A stretch of 64,000 nucleotides of DNA from a virus (lineage: Duplodnaviria > Caudoviricetes): positions 47,679-111,678 of the IMG/VR virus record IMGVR_UViG_3300021387_001464, one strand, 5' to 3'. A program made the translations under genes and the position numbers. Below the pieces are notes generated by a model, which was given only the letters and a program-made list of their open reading frames with translations, had not been told where the DNA came from and did no database searches. Positions within the stretch are counted from its first letter, which is position 1, and each line of letters starts with the position of its first letter. This document shows, piece after piece, positions 9,844 to 16,895 of this stretch.

Positions 9844-10014
9844 ATGGAACACCTAACCCTACCACCCGATGTATTGGCAACAGTGCCAATAACCGACATT
9901 CGGCATACGCTCAGCGAGATAGACAAGCACCGCCATGTTCATGCTATCATGAGAATGTCAGACAAGCAGCGGAGCCAATACTCTAACGAGTACAACCGAA
10001 CCCATAAAAAGTAA
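9844..10014 (+). CDS. small hypothetical protein
   Basis: MEHLTLPPDV... 56 aa. Confidence 0.4.
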   Translation: MEHLTLPPDVLATVPITDIRHTLSEIDKHRHVHAIMRMSDKQRSQYSNEYNRTHKK

Positions 10015-10023
10015 AACAAGGAT

Positions 10024-10164
10024 GCCTCTGAAAGCGTCGCAGAATAGAGCAACGGCGCATGGATTGTTAGTCAGGCCAAAAAGAAAGCCCCACGGGAACC
10101 AGCAACGGCCTACGGTTTGAAAATCTTCGCAAGAGCGGTGGTGCGATACCACCCAGAGGCTCCA
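10024..10164 (+). ncRNA. tRNA-like structured RNA candidate
   Basis: 7-bp acceptor-like stem GCCTCTG/CAGAGGC, then T-CCA; T-arm GGTGG-TGCGATA-CCACC; about 105-nt oversized core. Confidence 0.45.
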
Positions 10165-10178
10165 CAAAACGAAACAAT

Positions 10179-10580
10179 ATGCCACAGCAACTTGAATTAT
10201 TCAGAACACCACCAAAGCCAACAAAGCAAGTGGTGAACACAGAGAGAGCGAAATCCATGCCACCGTATGACCCTAACGCTTTTCACCACATCTACGAAAT
10301 CAAGGAGAACGGCGAAAGGGAATGGGTGGACAGTTACACGTCGAAGTTCAGCGTGAAATATGCGATGGAGATATTCTATTGCAATCAGAAGCACAGGAGT
10401 TCATTCGACTTGAGCAACATAAGGGAAGCTCAGCGGGCTATCAAGGTGAGCGAATCAATGCGCTCGGTGACATTGGAACTTAACGGGCATCTGTATATCT
10501 GTACGAGCAAGCCCGGCAAATCAGTCGTTGAAGGGAAAAACGGCAGCAAGTTCGATTATGAGCCTTGGCGACCTGAGTAA
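10179..10580 (+). CDS. hypothetical protein
   Basis: 133-aa ORF beginning MPQQLELF (clamp-binding-like QLxLF). Confidence 0.6.
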   Translation: MPQQLELFRTPPKPTKQVVNTERAKSMPPYDPNAFHHIYEIKENGEREWVDSYTSKFSVKYAMEIFYCNQKHRSSFDLSNIREAQRAIKVSESMRSVTLELNGHLYICTSKPGKSVVEGKNGSKFDYEPWRPE

Positions 10581-10646
10581 ATCCGTAAAATCCGTGAAAT
10601 CCGTGGTCAGCCCTCACTCCTCAGACATCAGCCATCTGAAAAAGTC

Positions 10647-10729
10647 TGTCCCACTTTCGCCAGCGCGATGTATTACCTTCGTACCGGCAAACAATGTCCG
10701 CAAGGACTGATGCAAAATTCGTAAATTTG
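10647..10729 (+). promoter_or_regulatory. tandem phage-type promoters
   Basis: TGTCCC-N21-TACCTTCG (10647-10681) and TGTCCG-N21-TAAATTTG (10695-10729). Confidence 0.65.
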
Positions 10730-10750
10730 CCTACGAAATGAAAAAACAAG

Positions 10751-10805
10751 AGTGCTTGCACTTTTTCCAAAAAGTGCTTGCACAATCTGGAAAGAGTGCT
10801 TGCAC
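10751..10805. repeat. three AGTGCTTGCAC units at exact 22-bp spacing
   Basis: units start at 10751, 10773 and 10795; core GTGC-TT-GCAC is palindromic. Confidence 0.85.
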
Positions 10806-10866
10806 TCCCTGAAAATGGCCATAAGGCAAAATGTAACATATTTTTAATTTTTAAAACCAAAAGAAA

Positions 10867-11361
10867 ATGGCACAAATGACCATGAAAGTGCGTAAGGTGA
10901 ACGCACAGAACCCCAAGACGCAGGCCAAAGGCTTTGCCGCCCGCGCCATCACCAATGGTAAGCAGTCGTTTGCAGACATCTGCGAACTGGCAGGACTGAA
11001 CACCACGATGAACGTGGCTGAGCTGGAGGCTGCCGGCAAGCTGATTCTGCAGGCCGCTGCCCGTGAGTTGAAGAACGGCAAGATTGTGGACCTGGGTCCC
11101 ATCGGCGCTATCTACCCTGCCGTGAGCGGCAAGTGGGCTGAGAAGGCGGAGGACTTGCAGAAGAGCGACCTGACGCTGAAGGTGAACTACCGTCCGAGCG
11201 ACGAGATTGACGCTGCCATCAAGGGTGCCAAGCTGGCATGGGCAAGCGCCGAGGACGAGAAGAAGGAACAGGAGAACGGTGGCGAGAACACCACGACTGA
11301 TCTTGACGAGGGCGGCAACACCGGCGGCGGCAACACCGGCGGAGGCTCGGACGAAGGCTAA
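10867..11361 (+). CDS. HU-related DNA-binding protein (Bacteroidetes HU-like family)
   Basis: ELKNGKIVDLGPIGAIYP...KVNYRPS and a Gly-rich acidic tail. Confidence 0.75.
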   Translation: MAQMTMKVRKVNAQNPKTQAKGFAARAITNGKQSFADICELAGLNTTMNVAELEAAGKLILQAAARELKNGKIVDLGPIGAIYPAVSGKWAEKAEDLQKSDLTLKVNYRPSDEIDAAIKGAKLAWASAEDEKKEQENGGENTTTDLDEGGNTGGGNTGGGSDEG

Positions 11362-11414
11362 TGTCTGATGTCTGATGGCTGATGTCTGATGTAAGACGTC
11401 ACCACCAAGGGACA

Positions 11415-11548
11415 AGCGGGGCTGCGCGGTATGTCCGCAGCGGACCAACATTCCCCACCTTACCATCGTCAGCGACAACGCTACGGCTGACACCCCGAGG
11501 GAATGCCGCGAGATGGGTAGCGCCATCCGCACCCCGCTCTTTTTTTTA
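11415..11548 (+). ncRNA. multi-stem structured element ending in a U-tract (terminator or sRNA)
   Basis: AGCGGGG/CCCCGCT outer stem followed by T8; inner stems ATTCCC/GGGAAT, GTCAGC/GCTGAC, GATGG/CCATC. Confidence 0.35.
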
Positions 11549-11578
11549 GAACGACAACAAGATTTTTTAATAGGCGAT

Positions 11579-11821
11579 ATGAACACAATACTTATAGTTA
11601 TACTGACGATAATGGCTATCATCGTGCTGATTGCCATCTATGTTTCGGCATGGAAATGCGGCTGTCAGGCAGGCATCGAGTATGCAATGAAGTACAGCGT
11701 CAGCCGAACTGTTGACGAAATACGCAAGGGTTTCGAGCAGATGGGCTACGGCAAAATATTCGACAAGGTAGTAGAGAACACGCTCAACATCGAGAAATTG
11801 GAACAATACAAGGAGGGCTGA
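11579..11821 (+). CDS. small membrane protein
   Basis: N-terminal hydrophobic helix; AGGCGAT-ATG context. Confidence 0.6.
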   Translation: MNTILIVILTIMAIIVLIAIYVSAWKCGCQAGIEYAMKYSVSRTVDEIRKGFEQMGYGKIFDKVVENTLNIEKLEQYKEG

Positions 11822-11824
11822 CGC

Positions 11825-12061
11825 ATGGGAGAAGAACTGATACCTGCCGGACTTGGCAAGCTATACATTGCGCCTGCTGGCGACATGAACCCCGAGCACT
11901 TGCATCCCATTGAACTGTACAGCGTGGCAATCGACTTAGGCGACGGAGAAAGCTATGCCAGCGAAAGCACATGGGGCAACAACGGCGGCAAGGGGTACTG
12001 CATCACGGGTACGCTGAAGCTGGAAAATAACAAGGAAACACGGAAAGCCTGCAAAAGTTGA
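11825..12061 (+). CDS. hypothetical protein
   Basis: 78-aa ORF. Confidence 0.5.
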   Translation: MGEELIPAGLGKLYIAPAGDMNPEHLHPIELYSVAIDLGDGESYASESTWGNNGGKGYCITGTLKLENNKETRKACKS

Positions 12062-12339
12062 TGCGCGGACAAGGCCGACTTCCCCGCAAGGAAAAGAAGC
12101 GTATGCGTAACAGCATCATGCGGAACAAGCGGGCACTCATCTTCGTGCTCATCGCCACGATGATGGACTACGGCACTGCATTCAACGATGCCGCCGCTTT
12201 CATATTCGCAGGCAGACCGAGGACAACCGACTGCGAAGATCACTCCATCATGCAGATTAACAATGCAGAGTGGCACGCGGTCGATACCCTCGTCCGCCAT
12301 CTCTATAAGCATCGCGGCACAATGCTGAAAAGGCTGTGA
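12061..12339 (+). CDS. hypothetical protein
   Basis: RLPRKEKKR motif; TGATG overlap with the previous gene. Confidence 0.5.
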   Translation: MRGQGRLPRKEKKRMRNSIMRNKRALIFVLIATMMDYGTAFNDAAAFIFAGRPRTTDCEDHSIMQINNAEWHAVDTLVRHLYKHRGTMLKRL

Positions 12340-12438
12340 CAACGCAATCGCAATTTGTTCCCAGAGGTGTAAATCCGTTCAATCCGTGTAATCCGTGGTC
12401 AAAAATTCTCAAAAAACATCAAAAAAACAATAGGCGAT

Positions 12439-12825
12439 ATGAACAAATTCCAAAAGGGCGATATGGAAGAAATACAGGATGCTTGCAGCGAGGGCAAGGA
12501 ATTTTACTTAGACAGCCCTGATAGTGACCGTAGGGCGTTCTTCAAGTTTGGAGGAACGACTTATTTCATTACGCGGGATGGCAAGGTGCTCTCATCGCGA
12601 GGCGACGGGTATCGCGAGCACGAGATTGCGCAGTATAATGGCAAGGGTTATCGTCGTGTACGGCTACGTGGCAAGACATTCAAGGTTCACCGCCTGGTGG
12701 CCGAGGCATTCGTGCCCAACCCTGACAACTTGCCCTATGTGCTGCACATTGACGGGGACCGCGAGAATAACATCTGTAGAAACCTGGAGTGGTCCGCAAA
12801 GCAGAGCAACCACCATGGGAAGTGA
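12439..12825 (+). CDS. HNH endonuclease (NUMOD4-associated type)
   Basis: GYRRVRL...VHRLVAEAFVPNPDNLPYVLHIDGDRENN...NLEW. Confidence 0.85.
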   Translation: MNKFQKGDMEEIQDACSEGKEFYLDSPDSDRRAFFKFGGTTYFITRDGKVLSSRGDGYREHEIAQYNGKGYRRVRLRGKTFKVHRLVAEAFVPNPDNLPYVLHIDGDRENNICRNLEWSAKQSNHHGK

Positions 12826-12897
12826 AAAGTGAAAAGTGAAAAGTGAAAAATTTCTTGCTTAGGCAAGCGTACTAAAGAAACGATTAGCTACCGCCGT

Positions 12898-13052
12898 ATG
12901 AGTTATGTCGATAAACCCATCATCCTTGGCAGGTACAGCCCGAGTCAGAATGGCATAGTGGTAAGCCCACGCGGACCCGCACTCTGCCTTGCAGGGGGGG
13001 TAACGGACACGATACGGACAAGCCGAAAATACTGATAGAACATGAATTGTAA
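12898..13052 (+). CDS. mini-TRD module M1, phase OFF (G7 at 12994-13000; G8 restores frame)
   Basis: restored product MSYVDKPIILGRYSPSQNGIVVSPRGPALCLAGGGNGHDTDKPKILIEHEL. Confidence 0.7.
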
Positions 13053-13185
13053 AACAATGCTATTGAATCCACAGGGGGGGGTATGCCGCACCATCAAGTC
13101 ACAGTATTACAAAAGCAGCGTGGCGAATTTCCTGCTGCAGACCACCAGAGGAGCAACGGCAGTATTGATAGAATATGAACTATAA
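13042..13185 (+). CDS. mini-TRD module M2, ON (G8 at 13074-13081)
   Basis: MNCKTMLLNPQGGVCRTIKSQYYKSSVANFLLQTTRGATAVLIEYEL. Confidence 0.7.
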   Translation: MNCKTMLLNPQGGVCRTIKSQYYKSSVANFLLQTTRGATAVLIEYEL

Positions 13186-13400
13186 GCGCATACCGAAGCC
13201 AGCGAACCTGCGAGACCATACACCGAGTATGGCCGAAGCATTGCCCTATATGATAGAGGCGTGCGGTTTGAGGGGGGGGGTGTTTGTTCGACTATCGCCA
13301 CTTTGTGTACGACACCATCGACGGATGCTACCCGTTCCCAGTGACCACAAGGATTCATGCCAGTAATCAGATTTGGCTATGCAAAGAAATAGAACTTTAA
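13175..13400 (+). CDS. mini-TRD module M3, OFF (G9 at 13272-13280; G8 restores frame)
   Basis: restored C-terminus RGGCLFDYRHFVYDTIDGCYPFPVTTRIHASNQIWLCKEIEL. Confidence 0.6.
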
Positions 13401-13414
13401 AACAAGATAAAAGA

Positions 13415-14920
13415 ATGATTGCAAAAGTTTATCCAGATGGGCATCCTGACTTGCAAGGCAAGAAGGACCCGACGCACCCAGTGCGCTATTTCGACATCCG
13501 TAAACTCACTCCACGCAAGTGCTATTCACTGATGGGCGTGCCGCCGCAGCAGATCGACACGCTGATGAAAACCGAAAAGAAACCATATATGGCATGGGTG
13601 GGCGTAGATGCCGAACTGGCTGTGTTCGGACTGGAGCCGAGTGCCACGCGCCGCGAGGTCGATGAAGCATATCGCGAGGCTATCGAGAGTCTAAGAAGAC
13701 CCACCCCCGACCCCTCCCTGGGCGAGGGAGGGGAGTGTGAAGACCCCGACAGACCCACCCCCATGCACCTCCCTGCTGAGGGAGGGGAGTGTGAAGAGCC
13801 TGAAATGAGCGAAGAGGAGGTGGCCCTGATGCGTGAGAACTACGATATGAACTACCAGCGCATCATCGCTGCCAGCCAGGAGCAGCGTTACGGTGACGTG
13901 CAGATTATTGCCAACTCGTCGCATTACAAGCTGGCGGGTAACTCCATCGTCTGCGACGTGCTGATGTATATCTACGAGGAACTGATGTACCCGACGGGCC
14001 GCCGACTGCCGCAGGAGCAGACCGACCTGTTCGCCCAGCCGCAGTTCCGGCTGACCCGAAACTGGAAGAAAGAGCCGCTGAAGTTGGTAACACTTTGCAG
14101 CGGCTACGACTCGCAGGCAATCGCTATGGATATGCTGCAACAGCGCTATCCGGACTTCCGATGGGAACTGAAGGCATGGAGCGAGTTCGACCCCGAGAGC
14201 AGCCGGCCACTGGAAGAGCAGCCCGCCGTGGTGGCCCATAATCTGCTGTTCCCACAATACAAGGATTTGAACCGTGGCGACATGACCAAGGCCGACTGGA
14301 GCGACCTCGCCGATGCAGGTATCGACCTGCTGACATATAGTACTCCGTGTCAGTCCATCTCACAGGCTGGCAAGCGAGAGGGTATCAAGAAAGGTAGTGG
14401 CACTCGCAGCGCCGTGCTGTGGAGCACCGAGATGGCGGTAGAGCATCTGCGACCGAAGGTGCTATTGCAGGAGAATGTGCGGGCGCTTATCAACAGCGTG
14501 AACATGCCCGACTTCCGCGAGTGGTGCAGCCTGCTGGAGAGCTACGGCTACGTGAACTTCCTCGCGCCATCGTTCCCGACGGTCTGGGGCACCGACAAGC
14601 GCGACAAGAAGACCGTGCCGGGCATCCTGAACGCCAAGCATTATGGTGTGCCACAGAACCGCGAGCGGGTGTATATGGTCTCCATTCGTGCCGACCTGCT
14701 CGGTGGCACGCAGTATGAGTTTCCCCGTCCTTTCCCGCTCGACAAGTGCATTGCCGATGTGCTGGAGGATAATGTCGATGAGCGTTTCTTCCTGAAGCCC
14801 GACTCGGTAATCAAGTTCCTCACAGTGAATGAATCGACTGACAGTAACGATATACACTATACGGTAACGGACCACAAACTCTCCGATGAAGAAATCGCCA
14901 AGATTCGTAGTGGAAAGTAG
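13415..14920 (+). CDS. circularly permuted DNA (cytosine-5) methyltransferase lacking a TRD
   Basis: motif IX IRKLTPRKCYSLMG and motif X HYKLAGNSIV come first, then I (LCSGYDSQ), IV (STPCQ), VI (ENV) and VIII (PQNRERVY); protein ends about 80 aa after motif VIII. Confidence 0.9.
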   Translation: MIAKVYPDGHPDLQGKKDPTHPVRYFDIRKLTPRKCYSLMGVPPQQIDTLMKTEKKPYMAWVGVDAELAVFGLEPSATRREVDEAYREAIESLRRPTPDPSLGEGGECEDPDRPTPMHLPAEGGECEEPEMSEEEVALMRENYDMNYQRIIAASQEQRYGDVQIIANSSHYKLAGNSIVCDVLMYIYEELMYPTGRRLPQEQTDLFAQPQFRLTRNWKKEPLKLVTLCSGYDSQAIAMDMLQQRYPDFRWELKAWSEFDPESSRPLEEQPAVVAHNLLFPQYKDLNRGDMTKADWSDLADAGIDLLTYSTPCQSISQAGKREGIKKGSGTRSAVLWSTEMAVEHLRPKVLLQENVRALINSVNMPDFREWCSLLESYGYVNFLAPSFPTVWGTDKRDKKTVPGILNAKHYGVPQNRERVYMVSIRADLLGGTQYEFPRPFPLDKCIADVLEDNVDERFFLKPDSVIKFLTVNESTDSNDIHYTVTDHKLSDEEIAKIRSGK

Positions 14921-15106
14921 TGCTGTGCTGCGGGGCGTGCGGACAGAGCACGCCCGTGCAGTACGCCGTATCTACGGTGACAGGGGGGGTACTGCCACTT
15001 CTCGGACCGCAACTACCTGCCTGCTACCGATGGCTGCAGCAACACCATCACTGGCGTACAGAAGGACAACCTATTGATAGTTGAATATGAATATAAAGAG
15101 TGTTAA
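14910..15106 (+). CDS. mini-TRD module M4, OFF (G7 at 14983-14989; G8 restores frame)
   Basis: restored ...RTEHARAVRRIYGDRGGYCHFSDRNYLPATDGCSNTITGVQKDNLLIVEYEYKEC; start is GTG 14910 or ATG 14886. Confidence 0.7.
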
Positions 15107-15230
15107 GCCCTACGACGATTACAATTCTACCCCCCCCCGACGCGATGGTGTCATTGGCACCGTTACAAGGCAAATTGGAACATCAGCACCAAGGAACGGC
15201 TGGAAAATATTGATAGAGTATGAAATATAA
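15087..15230 (+). CDS. mini-TRD module M5, ON (C9 at 15130-15138)
   Basis: MNIKSVKPYDDYNSTPPRRDGVIGTVTRQIGTSAPRNGWKILIEYEI. Confidence 0.7.
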   Translation: MNIKSVKPYDDYNSTPPRRDGVIGTVTRQIGTSAPRNGWKILIEYEI

Positions 15231-15384
15231 CAGGATATTGCAAATAGGCAACCTTACTGAAGGTGCAGGCAGAAACAACCCGCAGCGCAGAAGGCTCTAC
15301 TCGCCCTATGGCATTGCACCAACGGTGTACGGCTATCAAGGCGGTGGCAATTTGCAACCCTTGGTATTGATAGAGTATGAGTAG
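15220..15384 (+). CDS. mini-TRD module M6 (no tract)
   Basis: MKYNRILQIGNLTEGAGRNNPQRRRLYSPYGIAPTVYGYQGGGNLQPLVLIEYE. Confidence 0.75.
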   Translation: MKYNRILQIGNLTEGAGRNNPQRRRLYSPYGIAPTVYGYQGGGNLQPLVLIEYE

Positions 15385-15577
15385 CGTTACCCCCATATTG
15401 CGGCAAGTCCCTGTTCGGCGAGTGCGGACGGAATGGGCAAAGGCCATCCGACGAGAGACGGGCACCAACCCGTTTCAAGCCAAACAACTGGAGGAGTTTG
15501 TGTCGGACTACATGCCTACCATCACCGCCAGTGCAAACATCGAGAACTACATAAAGGTAGAGTATGATATTGATTAA
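15377..15577 (+). CDS. mini-TRD module M7 (no long tract)
   Basis: RTEWAKAIRR...MPTITASANIENYIKVEYDID; resembles M4. Confidence 0.7.
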   Translation: MSSVTPILRQVPVRRVRTEWAKAIRRETGTNPFQAKQLEEFVSDYMPTITASANIENYIKVEYDID

Positions 15578-15746
15578 AGAAACGATGCCCAACGAAGACC
15601 GCTTCCCTGTCCGTATCTCAGCAAGTCGTGGCAGGGGGGGGCAAAGACCGTTCCATCAGGTCATTGAACTCGGATCGTCGCAAGCCACAAACACCATCAC
15701 ATCAGTACAAAAAGATAATCTGGTATGGATAGAGCGAGATATTTAG
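15564..15746 (+). CDS. mini-TRD module M8, ON (G8 at 15634-15641)
   Basis: ASRGRGG...QVIEL...TNTITSVQKDNLVWIERDI. Confidence 0.75.
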   Translation: MILIKETMPNEDRFPVRISASRGRGGQRPFHQVIELGSSQATNTITSVQKDNLVWIERDI

Positions 15747-15878
15747 TTGGCGTACATCCGTTCTCTCACGCTTTGGAGTGTGAGGGCAAAATATGGGGGG
15801 GGGCAAATCAGTCCTGCCCTGCGGAGTACGGATTATAAATGTCCTCATTGTGTATTGATTGAGTATGAAGGAGTTTAA
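15725..15878 (+). CDS. mini-TRD module M9, OFF (G9 at 15795-15803; G8 restores frame)
   Basis: restored ...GKIWGGQISPALRSTDYKCPHCVLIEYEGV. Confidence 0.7.
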
Positions 15879-16045
15879 GTTTATTGGATGGACACGGCTC
15901 GGCAGTGGAAAAGGTGACGTATCAAAGTATCATCTGCGCCACTACTGTAACGCCATAACCTCGTTTGCAGGGGGGGGGTATTGGCAAGGATTCGCAGACT
16001 GGAATGTATAACACCACACCGTATGTATTGATAGAATATGAGTAA
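15865..16045 (+). CDS. mini-TRD module M10, OFF (G9 at 15970-15978; G8 restores frame)
   Basis: restored ...HYCNAITSFAGGGIGKDSQTGMYNTTPYVLIEYE. Confidence 0.7.
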
Positions 16046-16233
16046 AGAAAAGAAAGTTCGCCGATGCGACAACATTGCAGGGAAGTGGATGCCCGATGGC
16101 TCTATCCGCTTCTACCAAATGAACGAGCGGAAAGGCGGTGTGCCCGAACTTGTCAACGGCTACGCTGGGGGGGGTCATGCCCTGTATCATAGCAGGCCAT
16201 GAGCATTATGTTATTGTAGATTATGACCTATGA
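16038..16233 (+). CDS. mini-TRD module M11, OFF (G8 at 16167-16174; G7 or G10 restores frame)
   Basis: restored ...PELVNGYAGGVMPCIIAGHEHYVIVDYDL. Confidence 0.65.
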
Positions 16234-16484
16234 GTAACGTCAAGCATTATCCAACCGACGGGCGACCGTTTCTCTCCACCGCTTTGAGGGGGGGGCAGTT
16301 CGTGCTGCAAGTTCGACAAGCCACGGAGCAGGGCTACATCGAGTGTGTCAGCGGTGGCGTGTTCGATGTGGCTTATCCTTCCAGCCAGCTGCGCCGTGCC
16401 CGCGTCAAGGACGACGGCCTCGTGGCATCAGCGCTCATGTCGGGTGAAACATCACAATGCGTATTCATAGAATATGACGAATAA
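16230..16484 (+). CDS. mini-TRD module M12, ON (G8 at 16288-16295)
   Basis: QVRQATEQGYIECVSGGVFDVAYPSSQLRRARV...CVFIEYDE, like the 'QATKKGY...SKTRRGRV' variable-region segment of phage C5-MTases. Confidence 0.75.
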   Translation: MSNVKHYPTDGRPFLSTALRGGQFVLQVRQATEQGYIECVSGGVFDVAYPSSQLRRARVKDDGLVASALMSGETSQCVFIEYDE

Positions 16485-16614
16485 AAAATATTACGGAGGA
16501 ATATACTGTTGCTCTTCGCAATATGTGAAGAAAAAGCCTCTATGGGGCGTAGCACGTTGCATTATGGCTGATAAGGCTGACTATCATTTATTAGTAGAGT
16601 ATGAAGGCTATTAA
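16474..16614 (+). CDS. mini-TRD module M13 (no long tract)
   Basis: MTNKKYYGGIYCCSSQYVKKKPLWGVARCIMADKADYHLLVEYEGY. Confidence 0.65.
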   Translation: MTNKKYYGGIYCCSSQYVKKKPLWGVARCIMADKADYHLLVEYEGY

Positions 16615-16895
16615 ACTATCGCGCACCACATCGGCTACGGCCAAGCATTTGAGGGGGGGGGGACTTCCTGCCGGTTCAAGGCTGCGATTCAGCGAGAGCA
16701 GTCGAAAGCTCGCTTTCAGACTGCCGAGCGCAAGCAGGCTCGACGGGTTACTTGTTACCTGTCAATACCACGACAGGCGGCTGCGCCTGTACGCTCAACA
16801 CCCGCTACGACGGTATGCAACTGCCAGAGGATATCCTCTCGCTCGCACACTATCCAAAGACAGTCGTGCTTATCGAATATCATCCTGACGGGTAA
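16601..16895 (+). CDS. mini-TRD module M14, OFF (G10 at 16653-16662; G9 restores frame)
   Basis: restored ...LPVNTTTGGCACTLNTRYDGMQLPEDILSLAHYPKTVVLIEYHPDG; contains a 67-bp repeat insert. Confidence 0.65.

Noticed and set aside
10024-10164. Canonical tRNA or tmRNA gene
   Set aside because: Too long for a tRNA, with no identifiable anticodon arm; too short for tmRNA, with no tag ORF. Kept only as tRNA-like.
12439-12825. HNH as the restriction partner of the C5-MTase
   Set aside because: It resembles free-standing NUMOD4/HNH homing-type nucleases common in phages; nothing beyond adjacency supports an R-M pairing.
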